Under the pieces are notes generated by a model, which made no database searches, was not told the origin of the DNA, and saw only the letters and a program-made list of their open reading frames with translations. Source: a virus. From it: a DNA stretch of 64,000 nt. Shown one piece after another: positions 54,233 through 62,709 of this stretch (its first letter is position 1; every line of letters begins with the position of its first letter). Made by a program: the position numbers and the translations under genes. The stretch covers positions 1-64,000 of IMG/VR virus record IMGVR_UViG_3300049995_000120; one strand, written 5' to 3'.

Positions 54233-54465
54233 TTGTATTCACCTTTTACCAAATCTGAGGGTTTTATTTGCGCCAACTCTATTGCTCCAGTTTCCACTCG
54301 ATCACAACCACCATATATTGTTCGCCTGAAAATCAATTGCGCCTTTTCGCTGATTTCACCTACCGTTAATTCGTGGTCACTCTCAACCTCTATTTGTCGT
54401 TCAACAATCGCCTTAACTTGAACGGTATAGATATACTTTTCGGGGAATAATCTTGGAGTTATCAT
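54229..54465 (-). CDS. hypothetical protein
   Basis: Coupled ORF. Confidence 0.5.
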   Translation of the reverse strand: MITPRLFPEKYIYTVQVKAIVERQIEVESDHELTVGEISEKAQLIFRRTIYGGCDRVETGAIELAQIKPSDLVKGEYK

Positions 54466-54998
54466 TTATATGCGCCTTCCACAAAATCGGTCTCTCCCGG
54501 TGGAAGAAGGTTTTGCATGACAGAACTCTCCTGCCAGAGTTGGGTGATAGTTTTCTCTCCTTCGGCCAGCATCCAGGGCATAAGAGGCGCATAACCGGGT
54601 GATAACTGCTGTAAAAACCAAGTGCCATCCAGCGCGGTGCGGAGCATAAAAAGAGACATGCGAAGTGATTTATCCAGACGCGTATTCAAAGAAGATCGAT
54701 TTCCAGCCCTTACGGGTAGAGCGGCGATATCAATACGACCTGGAATTGAAGCGCCGTTGTTGGTTTCAATGATGTAATGAATGCGAAATCCCTCGCGTGT
54801 TTGTGTTTCAATCTGAAACTTGCCACGCTGGAAGCGCATGACCATTCCACCCAAGCGGTTGATCGATTCAACAATCTCGGACTTGAGCCGCTCAAGATTC
54901 TTGGTGGTAGTCTGTCCCTGCCAGCCGGCCTCGCGCGTGACATCATCATAATATGGAACCTTGACACTACTTTTAGGGGTTTCGGGGATGAAGTTCAT
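54462..54998 (-). CDS. hypothetical protein
   Basis: AAGGA SD before MNFIPETP. Confidence 0.55.
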   Translation of the reverse strand: MNFIPETPKSSVKVPYYDDVTREAGWQGQTTTKNLERLKSEIVESINRLGGMVMRFQRGKFQIETQTREGFRIHYIIETNNGASIPGRIDIAALPVRAGNRSSLNTRLDKSLRMSLFMLRTALDGTWFLQQLSPGYAPLMPWMLAEGEKTITQLWQESSVMQNLLPPGETDFVEGAYK

Positions 54999-55848
54999 TC
55001 CATTCCTTCCCTGGAAATTGGTCGCGCTTGTATCCATCTAGCAGTGGCATAGGGACAACTTTTCCGCCTACCTCCACTTGTTTAAGAAAAAAAGGCACGG
55101 CTGTATAATTACATTGATTGCGAAGACGACGAAACCACTCTATATCGGCTGGCCGGCGTTCAGGACCGCTCTCGCAACCTGCCACCACCCAGTTTATTTG
55201 AGGGCACCCCGATTGATAATAAGGCCATTCATGCTTCCAGCGATATCCTTGAAGGGCGTCGGTCATTACTGCGCCGTTCAGCATGATATAGGTCAAGTTG
55301 ATTTCGCCCAACAGCGGCTCTGCACTGATCCATCTTAGCGTAGCAGGAATATTCAGCAGGAGTGGGATGCGCAAATCTGCATATTCCTGATTTTCTGCAC
55401 TAACCCCCACCCAGACATTAGGAAGCGGCTCGGTCAAATTCAGATCCTGCATGGCTTGTTCTATAACAATCTTTGCGCGCGCTGGGCGCTTGGTGAGGAT
55501 CAAAAAAGTATGTTGTGGACAGTCGTGCATCGTTATCCATAGCAGATTGATCCATGGTTGCGTTATATATTCCCCCGTATCATCCACAAACAAATCTGCC
55601 ATAGAATCCACGAAGATGCGCTTCGGTGTTTTCCAACTTCTTGGCTTGTCCAGCACGTTCAAAACTTGCTGGTAGATCCCGGTCCAACCCTTCTCGTCTA
55701 CAACACATTGGTATTGCGGCACTCCCATCCCTCGCAGGCGCTTGGCGAAACGTTCCGCCCAACAATGGTCGCAACCCGTACTTGCCTTGTGGCAACCAGT
55801 GGTAACATTCCATACACAATCAACGTAGGGTATTTTGGTGGTTGACAT
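54973..55848 (-). CDS. DUF5131 (phage Gp37/Gp68) radical-SAM-like protein
   Basis: WNVTTGC...GCDHCWA, SMADLF, LTKRP, SAEPLL, GCESG, PFFLKQ. Confidence 0.9.
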   Translation of the reverse strand: MSTTKIPYVDCVWNVTTGCHKASTGCDHCWAERFAKRLRGMGVPQYQCVVDEKGWTGIYQQVLNVLDKPRSWKTPKRIFVDSMADLFVDDTGEYITQPWINLLWITMHDCPQHTFLILTKRPARAKIVIEQAMQDLNLTEPLPNVWVGVSAENQEYADLRIPLLLNIPATLRWISAEPLLGEINLTYIMLNGAVMTDALQGYRWKHEWPYYQSGCPQINWVVAGCESGPERRPADIEWFRRLRNQCNYTAVPFFLKQVEVGGKVVPMPLLDGYKRDQFPGKEWNELHPRNP

Positions 55849-56322
55849 CTAAATTGGCTCCTTGGGATTATGCCATTTCCAGTGTTTGCCCCGATGAGTA
55901 TGGCCCATTTTGTATTTCATTTGACGCCCCCATTTATTACGAGACATTATAAGTTCGTGACACCCACATTGACAAGGCACCAAGGTGCGAGGCAATTTTC
56001 TTTTTTTAATGGTTTCTAAAAGTTGCTCAATCCGCTTTTGGGTTTTCTCCAAAGGCCAAGAACGAATATGATTTTGAGCATGTAAAGAGGGAGAGATTAT
56101 CATAAGATTATCAATAGTGTTATCATCAGTAATGCCGTTGATATGATGAACATACTCTTTAGATTCTAAAAACCGCCGCAAATAGTTTTCCATGACTAAT
56201 CTATGTTCAAAAACATAGCCATTTTTCTTGGCTTTTGGATGATTTGGACAACGAACCAAAATATATCTCTCTGAGCGTACTTTATGCCCAATCGGCAGAG
56301 GGGTCCATGTGTCCATTATCAC
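55849..56322 (-). CDS. HNH endonuclease
   Basis: EHRLVME...VHHINGITDDN..DNL; C-terminal CQCGC. Confidence 0.85.
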   Translation of the reverse strand: MIMDTWTPLPIGHKVRSERYILVRCPNHPKAKKNGYVFEHRLVMENYLRRFLESKEYVHHINGITDDNTIDNLMIISPSLHAQNHIRSWPLEKTQKRIEQLLETIKKRKLPRTLVPCQCGCHELIMSRNKWGRQMKYKMGHTHRGKHWKWHNPKEPI

Positions 56323-56573
56323 TCCGCGATGGGGAGTCGTTTTGCCACATCAGGATGTAGCAGAACCAGCAGGGTGTACGCCAGAAGTTTTCCTTCCGCC
56401 GTTCCCATAAAATAATGCTTGAGGAGAACTCCCAGATCGGGTAGTTGCCCGAGCGACCAAGCATTCAAGGTGATGCGGCTCAATTTTGTTTCCCTGCTCA
56501 ACTGCAGGATAGCCCGGTCTCCTCGAAACTTGCTCATCGCTTCAATAACAATGGTATTTCGTATTTCAGTCAT
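56319..56573 (-). CDS. Cro/XRE-like HTH protein
   Basis: LSRETKLSRITLNAWSLGQLP; AGGAG SD. Confidence 0.55.
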   Translation of the reverse strand: MTEIRNTIVIEAMSKFRGDRAILQLSRETKLSRITLNAWSLGQLPDLGVLLKHYFMGTAEGKLLAYTLLVLLHPDVAKRLPIAE

Positions 56574-56595
56574 AAAAACTCCTTTCTAGTTCGTA

Positions 56596-56662
56596 GTTTA
56601 CCACCCTCCCCGTTATCTGTCAATGCCAATATCTTGACAGAATTACCCTTTCCCTTTATAAT
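56596..56662. promoter_or_regulatory. back-to-back divergent sigma70 promoters
   Basis: Plus strand TTGACA(56634)-17-TATAAT(56657); minus strand TTGACA-17-TAAACT. Confidence 0.7.
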
Positions 56663-56684
56663 GCTCCTAGAAAGGAGATTTTTT

Positions 56685-56915
56685 ATGATAGGTATGCTCT
56701 GGTTTGATAACGATCCCAAAAAAACCATCGCCGTCAAGATACGTGGGGCGATTGAATATTACAAAGAGAAATACGGCGCAACGCCTACGGTTTGTTACAT
56801 GAACCCCGCCATGCTCCGCCAAGAACCCATCTCAAAGTCTGACGTGGGCGTGGATCTCATAACCAACAAATCATTACTTTATAACCATTTCCTGATAGGA
56901 GTTTCCAATGTGTAG
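56685..56915 (+). CDS. conserved small hypothetical protein
   Basis: AAGGAG SD; MIGMLWFDND...YY.EKYG..P..C. Confidence 0.65.
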   Translation: MIGMLWFDNDPKKTIAVKIRGAIEYYKEKYGATPTVCYMNPAMLRQEPISKSDVGVDLITNKSLLYNHFLIGVSNV

Positions 56916-57489
56916 TGGATTCGGTATTATCATAGACAAGAAATTGGATCTCTGGTTTGCTGAACCAGACCTGGTAGGGGATTGTTCCCATACCACCATA
57001 TTAAAGCGCAAGGGAATTGTTGAAAGAAGCAGTGTTTTCACGCGGCCTTTTGTGCGCGTTCAATATCCGGGGTGGAGCGAAGATAATTTTGAGTTTGATG
57101 AACTAGAGACACTTCCATCATGGGCGTTAGAAAACGGAATTGAAATTCACCAAAAGTGTGATCAACTCCTGGGGCGTTGTAGGGCCGCCTATTTTTCCTT
57201 TGCCGAGACGATTCGTCCCTTTCGTGTCCAGTTTGAAGCCATTAACTCTGATGCTACTTTAGCATTAAGGTGGGTTCGCACATCCTGTTGGTCTGATGAT
57301 AAGTTGACGTGTTTGGAACAAAGCAAGAAATACGATGAGGCAATTGCCCAGTATCGCGCCATAATCGATCCGGCCTTTCATAAATTCATGGAATCGGCGC
57401 GTGAACCCCTCAAGGTTTTAGTCCAATCCTGGTCTTCAATACCCGGCTTTGTACCTCCGCCAGAGGACTTCGACTTCAATGTGCAATGA
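56908..57489 (+). CDS. hypothetical protein
   Basis: AGGAG SD; coupled. Confidence 0.6.
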   Translation: MCSGFGIIIDKKLDLWFAEPDLVGDCSHTTILKRKGIVERSSVFTRPFVRVQYPGWSEDNFEFDELETLPSWALENGIEIHQKCDQLLGRCRAAYFSFAETIRPFRVQFEAINSDATLALRWVRTSCWSDDKLTCLEQSKKYDEAIAQYRAIIDPAFHKFMESAREPLKVLVQSWSSIPGFVPPPEDFDFNVQ

Positions 57490-57699
57490 GGGTTCGCTTC
57501 TCTACCAGAACTGGGTACACCTTGTCCCGCAGGTAAAGCGCGGCGATAACAAAGCCGAGATCAGGCGCAAGACGGGCGAGATCACGCCGGCCTCCGAGTC
57601 TGCGCGGTTGGCCTATCAGGCGCATTGGACTTCCTGTTCTGTCTGCCAGAATGAGCATTTAAACGCAGACGAATATGCCAAAATGAGAGGATGGCTGTA

Positions 57700-57921
57700 A
57701 TGGAATATAAAATACTTTTCTGGGGTAATAACACCACCATGAAAGTCATGGAAGATACACTCAACGAATGGGCTACATCAGGATGGCGCGTGGTCTGTTC
57801 AGTTGGAAATTATTATATCATCTTGGAGCATATACAAAAGAAATCCCTATCGACCTGGAATGTGCAGGCTGAACACGTAGATCTCCCGATCCCCGTCAGT
57901 AATTGCGGCGGCGCTTCCTAG
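57700..57921 (+). CDS. DUF4177-like small protein
   Basis: MEYKIL...LNEWATSGWRVV. Confidence 0.55.
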   Translation: MEYKILFWGNNTTMKVMEDTLNEWATSGWRVVCSVGNYYIILEHIQKKSLSTWNVQAEHVDLPIPVSNCGGAS

Positions 57922-57961
57922 CGCGGCTCTAATTCTCAAAAAATTTCACAAGGAGGATGCT

Positions 57962-58849
57962 ATGAACGACACCCTGAAGTTTTGGGTAAAGATTTTTGGT
58001 TTCATTTTTGCTGCCTTGGTCATCGCCTATTCATCGGTGCTGACCTATCTCATGGCCGGACGCTTGGTGCCAGGAAATTTCATCTTGCAGTTAGCTACCG
58101 TCCTGCTCTTTGACGGTGGTGCGCTAATCTGGTTTTTCCAATTCGTCTGCCATGCCAAAGGAACGGCGCAGTGGGGCTTCGCCGGCTTGGGTTTTGTTGT
58201 GGGCTTACTTGGCGCGGTAGTAATGGCTGCCGGCGAACTGATCATGTCTCAAAATCTGGTGGTATTCAGTGATATGTCTCGCTTGGGTTGGCTTTTAATT
58301 GGTACGGTGGTGGTAGCGCTTATCACCCACATCACCCTCACTTATCTGTTCCACATCAGCGATCCGGCCCTCATGAACTCCATTGAAAACGCTCAGGCTG
58401 TTGCTAAAATCGTGCGCGGCGCTTCCATCGACGCCCACGCTGAACTTGATCGCAAACAGCACGAATTGGGGCGCGGCATAGCTGACTCCATTTATGCCCA
58501 GGCGATTCAACAGATCGAAACGGTCACAGCCTTCCACATCCGCAACAAACGCTTAGAAAAGGGTAAAACCGATGAGTTTCTGCACGGTAATGTTCTGTCT
58601 GGTGTAGCGAGGGATGTTCCTTTGATGCCCATGACTACCACTCCAGGCGGTAATGGGCGCAAGCAGATTTACAGTCACAAACCCGCCAATGCCAAACGTG
58701 GCCTCTTCAAGCGCGGCGCACCCAAGCGCGGCCCTGCGGCTTTTAACGCCAGCGCGGCTCCCACTGTGATCGTCACCGCCCCTCCCGGTGTGCAGGAGGC
58801 GCACCAACCTCGCCCCCCGTCCCCAACGAGTTTCGACAACAAGCAGTAA
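57962..58849 (+). CDS. four-TM membrane protein with cytoplasmic tail
   Basis: AAGGAGG SD; four hydrophobic helices then a coiled and Pro-rich tail. Confidence 0.75.
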   Translation: MNDTLKFWVKIFGFIFAALVIAYSSVLTYLMAGRLVPGNFILQLATVLLFDGGALIWFFQFVCHAKGTAQWGFAGLGFVVGLLGAVVMAAGELIMSQNLVVFSDMSRLGWLLIGTVVVALITHITLTYLFHISDPALMNSIENAQAVAKIVRGASIDAHAELDRKQHELGRGIADSIYAQAIQQIETVTAFHIRNKRLEKGKTDEFLHGNVLSGVARDVPLMPMTTTPGGNGRKQIYSHKPANAKRGLFKRGAPKRGPAAFNASAAPTVIVTAPPGVQEAHQPRPPSPTSFDNKQ

Positions 58850-58971
58850 AAGGATTAAGAATCTGCCGCGTATGTGGTGAAGAGTTTGAAGGCGCGCGCA
58901 ACGCCCGTTATTGTTCTTGGAAATGCAAACAAAGAGCATATAGATTCCGCAAACTAACTGTGGTAAAATAG
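58813..58971 (+). CDS. -1-frame zinc-finger extension (frameshift product or gene remnant)
   Basis: RICRVCGEEFEGARNARYCSWKCKQRAYRFRK in a frame with no start codon ahead of it. Confidence 0.5.
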   Translation, partial: PPVPNEFRQQAVKGLRICRVCGEEFEGARNARYCSWKCKQRAYRFRKLTVVK

Positions 58972-58975
58972 TTTT

Positions 58976-59085
58976 GTCTAGGAATGAGCGGAATTTTAAT
59001 TTGCTTATATAGAGCCGTTACTTTGTTAATTCCGCTGTTCCTAGACCCAACAGCAAAACAAAGTAGCGGCTTTATATTTTGGAGG
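58976..59085 (+). ncRNA. structured leader RNA of HNH gene (same topology as 716-821)
   Basis: TGgTAAAAT at 58961-58969; 58976-58995 pairs with 59028-59046; 59000-59005 with 59052-59057; 59007-59026 with 59058-59077; GGAGG at 59081. Confidence 0.7.
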
Positions 59086-59089
59086 CTAT

Positions 59090-59578
59090 ATGCAAATCAT
59101 ATATTCAATTAGCGGGGATGAGATTTTCGTGGACGACGATGATTATCCACTATTGAATCGCCATAGATGGAGTGTAACTCGTGAAGGATATGTAATAGGA
59201 CAGATTGCAGATCGTTCTATTACGATGCATCTGCTAATAATGGGGAAAAGAAAAGGACATGAGGTTGATCATATTAATGGCGTAGGATGTGATAACAGAA
59301 AATGCAATTTGCGGTTTTGTACTCATTCTGAAAATATGCGAAATAGTATTTCTCAGATATTCTTTTTCTGGAGAAGAACACCAAAAAAGCCTTCACGAGC
59401 GCGTTCATTACCACCTATACATTATGGCCCTCAAAAGATTGTTCCCTTTCGTTGTAAACAATGTGGTCATTTATTTCAAGGAAAACCCAACAGCAGATAT
59501 TGTTCTGCTGCTTGCAAACAAAAACATTATCGTTTCCGTAAACGCATACAACACAACATCGTAGACATTTCTCCGTGA
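59090..59578 (+). CDS. HNH endonuclease with C-terminal zinc finger
   Basis: MHLLIM..VDHING..DNRKCNLR..SEN; CKQC...YCSAAC. Confidence 0.85.
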   Translation: MQIIYSISGDEIFVDDDDYPLLNRHRWSVTREGYVIGQIADRSITMHLLIMGKRKGHEVDHINGVGCDNRKCNLRFCTHSENMRNSISQIFFFWRRTPKKPSRARSLPPIHYGPQKIVPFRCKQCGHLFQGKPNSRYCSAACKQKHYRFRKRIQHNIVDISP

Positions 59579-59663
59579 TCGTAGACAAAATCGTAACAAT
59601 TTGTCTAGCGCGGCGCTCAATCTTTTATTCATGCCAGCGCGGCGCAAGATAAATTGTATGCTT

Positions 59664-60032
59664 TTACAGGTCTGCAACCAAGCCAAACTCGACCTCGACC
59701 CCTGCGCGGCCTTGGCGCTTTTCTCCCCCAAGATCTCTGGTGATATAGCGATCATCCACAAACACCACGCCTTTGGCAGCATCACATAGCGCTTTTAGCA
59801 GGTTATCAATATCGCACTGGTAGAGCGGTCCCGTGCGCACTACCAGCCAGCGTACAAAAAGCGGTACACGCGGCGGGAGCATTGGCCAGTCGTTTTGTAG
59901 CATCTGTGCCTTGTAGCCCCAAGCGAGAGCGGTCTGGTTCTGGATATACTTTTGCGCCTTGGGTATCCACAGGCCTCTCGTAGTCATGCGGGTATAGGGA
60001 ATCAACTGAAAGTCTTCAAACACGAATTTCAT
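59664..60032 (-). CDS. rusA: RusA-like Holliday junction resolvase
   Basis: DIDNLLKALCDA..GVVFVDDRYI. Confidence 0.85.
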   Translation of the reverse strand: MKFVFEDFQLIPYTRMTTRGLWIPKAQKYIQNQTALAWGYKAQMLQNDWPMLPPRVPLFVRWLVVRTGPLYQCDIDNLLKALCDAAKGVVFVDDRYITRDLGGEKRQGRAGVEVEFGLVADL

Positions 60033-60044
60033 ATAACCTCTTTC

Positions 60045-60197
60045 AAAAAATAGCCCCCCGATTACGGGGGGCTTGCCTTACATCTTCACTACCACAGGGA
60101 GGGGAGAAAGATTAGCCACATTGAGGGGGGCTATCTCGTGAAAATTGTAAGGTGCTATAGTGGGAGGCTAGCGCCCTCAGGATCGCTCGACCTCTGC
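60045..60197 (-). ncRNA. candidate ~150-nt small RNA
   Basis: Consensus TTGACA-17-TATAAT (60230-60202); multi-stem fold with C-rich loops; AGCCCCCCG/CGGGGGGCT terminator plus U-tract. Confidence 0.55.
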
Positions 60198-60226
60198 CTG
60201 AATTATAGCCTCTCCTTTTCCGCGTG

Positions 60227-60442
60227 TCAAGCCTCCTTTCCCTCTTCTGACTTGTAAACCAAGCGGACGGTATGGCAATTTTCATCGATGATCTTAACTT
60301 CGCCCTTTTCCCACTCTCCCGACTGGATTTTCTCCTTCATATTCGCGCCGTTTTGGTTGGCCTCACGCAGGTCATGGTACGGACCCCACATATCCCCGTC
60401 TCCCTGGAAGGGCGTATACAGGACATAGAGCGGTTTATTCAT
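60227..60442 (-). CDS. hypothetical early protein
   Basis: GGAGG SD. Confidence 0.55.
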   Translation of the reverse strand: MNKPLYVLYTPFQGDGDMWGPYHDLREANQNGANMKEKIQSGEWEKGEVKIIDENCHTVRLVYKSEEGKEA

Positions 60443-60450
60443 CGTCCCTC

Positions 60451-60855
60451 CTATATAAACACTACAGAGACTGGTAGACTGGGTGGTTCAACCCAATCTG
60501 GCTGGTCGTGGATTTTTCTCTGGTAAGCGCTCCACCAAACTTTTTGATACTGCTCCAGGCTCATCATATTGTAGGCACAGGCATTACCCCAGTAAAGCGC
60601 TTCCGCGGCGCTTGCCAGAGCTAACTTGCGCCCCGTCATCTTCTCCCAGACCGCCATATCGGTAGGGTGTACGATCGACACGCCGGCAGCCTTGAAGATC
60701 TGGCCGTCCACATGCCTACCTATGATGGTACAGGTTTCCATCGTTTGAGATTCGCCCCCATTCAGACCCGGGTCGTACCAATTCAATGTGAATTGGATTG
60801 TTACCTTCATCCCGAACAATTGAAACGATACGTGATCAACTTCATCTTTATTCAT
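60451..60855 (-). CDS. hypothetical early protein
   Basis: GAGGA SD; GRKLALA motif. Confidence 0.55.
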   Translation of the reverse strand: MNKDEVDHVSFQLFGMKVTIQFTLNWYDPGLNGGESQTMETCTIIGRHVDGQIFKAAGVSIVHPTDMAVWEKMTGRKLALASAAEALYWGNACAYNMMSLEQYQKVWWSAYQRKIHDQPDWVEPPSLPVSVVFI

Positions 60856-60956
60856 ATTATCCTCTCAACTTGAACATGCCGGTCACAGACCGGATAAAGC
60901 CTCCCGCTATACCTACCAGAATCAAGGGGGCGATACAGAACACACTACACAGCATT

Positions 60957-61198
60957 TCAAACATCCTCTTCTCCTTTCTTAAACCTGCCCCGCGCGTCGC
61001 GCTTGGCAGCGATAGCACGGGCGATTCCGCCCTTATGACCGTGTTGATGATTTTCACAACCTATCTCTGAAAATATCTTGCGATCTTCAGCGGGGATATT
61101 CCTCAACCAGGCGCGGCCCACCAGCGGATAGCGGCGCTTGAACATCCCCGTAAACTGCTCCCGGTCATGCTTTATCAAAATGTCTAGCGCATCCATCA
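60957..61198 (-). CDS. small protein with KGG-like motif
   Basis: IG...GHKGGIARA...RDARGRF; start codon uncertain. Confidence 0.5.
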
Positions 61199-61424
61199 CG
61201 CCCACCTTAACCAGCGGATCAGATTGCCAACTGGGTGGATTAAATCAACGCCGGCCAGCGCAAACAGGACTATAGCGGCGCACAAACTTAACATGACCAG
61301 CCAGCAGACCTCCGAGAAGGTGAAAGGTTTACTTTTTTCCATAGGCGACTCCAAGTGGCGGGTGAATTCTCCGCCCCGCTCTACCCTCCAACGCTCCAAA
61401 CTGAAGGGCAGAGAGAGGGGACAA

Positions 61425-62102
61425 TTAATCAGCCATGGCCGGCGCTTGTACCATGGCCTCCCATTGCTTCTGTGTTTCTGCCTGAGCAAGTTCATCTACC
61501 TCGTTCTTTGCCTCTGTCAGACAGTAATCATACCCATAAAACCCCCAGCACGAGTCGACCTCTTCGCCGTCTTTATCCGCTATCATAAACCCCCATACAT
61601 CCCCGGTAAGGTGCTGATCGTATACCTTGACCTCTGTCAGCAGACCCTTTTCTGCCTTGCTTCTCACGAAGCGGGTAAATAACTTCTTCCCCCATTCCTT
61701 GACCGCGTCGGCCTTGCTGATATAAATCCACCCTACCCTACTCGAATCCCAGCCCGCGTGATACCAATTCCGCTCAATACAGGTAGACATTGTGATCCCG
61801 CTATGATCGTACAAGAACAAAGGCAGAACTATATTATCCTTCTCGAATTCGGCCAGCAGGGCGGGGATATCGGCATCACTCAGGAACTGGTAACGCGCGG
61901 ATTCATAATCCAAGTAATCAATTCCCAGTTCGGTTTGCAGCCATTCGCGCGGCGTCATTTCGGGCTGTTCATCCCCCAAGTTATAGCGGTTATGCCAACA
62001 AACCATGGTGCCGGCGTTATCCCAATCTTTCCGGGGGTTAATATCACAAACATCATCTTGCTCGATCTTGATTGTATAGCCTTTATACTCTTCTGTGTCC
62101 AT
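61425..62102 (-). CDS. conserved phage early protein
   Basis: AAGGAG SD; LYDHSG..WDS..GWIY..GDVWG..DSCWGFYG. Confidence 0.7.
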   Translation of the reverse strand: MDTEEYKGYTIKIEQDDVCDINPRKDWDNAGTMVCWHNRYNLGDEQPEMTPREWLQTELGIDYLDYESARYQFLSDADIPALLAEFEKDNIVLPLFLYDHSGITMSTCIERNWYHAGWDSSRVGWIYISKADAVKEWGKKLFTRFVRSKAEKGLLTEVKVYDQHLTGDVWGFMIADKDGEEVDSCWGFYGYDYCLTEAKNEVDELAQAETQKQWEAMVQAPAMAD

Positions 62103-62191
62103 TTTGACTCCTTTCCTTTCTATGCCGGCCTCATCACCGGCTCAGGGGAGTCCTCCTCGCTCCCCTTCACGGGGTATACCGCCCGTTACGG

Positions 62192-62620
62192 TTACAGCCA
62201 ATAATGCTTAAGTGCGTAGCCGTCATGATGCTCTGTAAATGTCTTTTTCCACCCCTCGCCGTTATAGTGGTCAGGCGAAGGACAATCAGTGGTATGTTTC
62301 TCTCCCGGCGTTAAGCAGGAATAAACAGGATATAGGGAATAACTCAGCTTGTACACCAGATGGTAGCCCATATCCATACCACACCCGCCGACCTTGCAGC
62401 CCTCGTGCCGCTCGTCATATCCCTCTAGCAGTTGCGCGGCTTGCCATGAGATACGGCGCGGCTGGTTATCCTGCATCACGTAAAGATCGATAACCCGGTA
62501 CATGCCTGAGCGTGACACATGCTTCAACACTGTGTATACTGTGTCCCCCGGTTTAATGATCTTGCGTAATTCGTCTTTGACCTCTTCCAGCGCCTTGTCT
62601 TTGCGTTCTTTAGCGTTCAT
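62192..62620 (-). CDS. conserved phage early protein
   Basis: AGGAG SD; VYTVLKHVSRSGM..GCGMDMG. Confidence 0.7.
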   Translation of the reverse strand: MNAKERKDKALEEVKDELRKIIKPGDTVYTVLKHVSRSGMYRVIDLYVMQDNQPRRISWQAAQLLEGYDERHEGCKVGGCGMDMGYHLVYKLSYSLYPVYSCLTPGEKHTTDCPSPDHYNGEGWKKTFTEHHDGYALKHYWL

Positions 62621-62709
62621 TTTGGACTCCTTTTTTCCTTTAATTATAGTTCTTTCTGATCGTATTTATAGTGTCATTCGTCATTGATTTATACGATGAA
62701 TGTCATATA

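Noticed and set aside
52642-56915. Classical lysogeny module
   Set aside because: No integrase, ParA or peptidase-bearing CI was found in the window; lifestyle cannot be called from this sequence.
57915-59650. Recurrent AGCGCGGC words and apparent GCGCG abundance across the window
   Set aside because: Cannot be separated from codon and composition bias without k-mer statistics.
62103-62191. Hammerhead ribozyme (TGATGAG...GAAA)
   Set aside because: TGATGAG sits in a hairpin loop, is preceded by G rather than C, and the stem II/GAAA/UH geometry does not fit.
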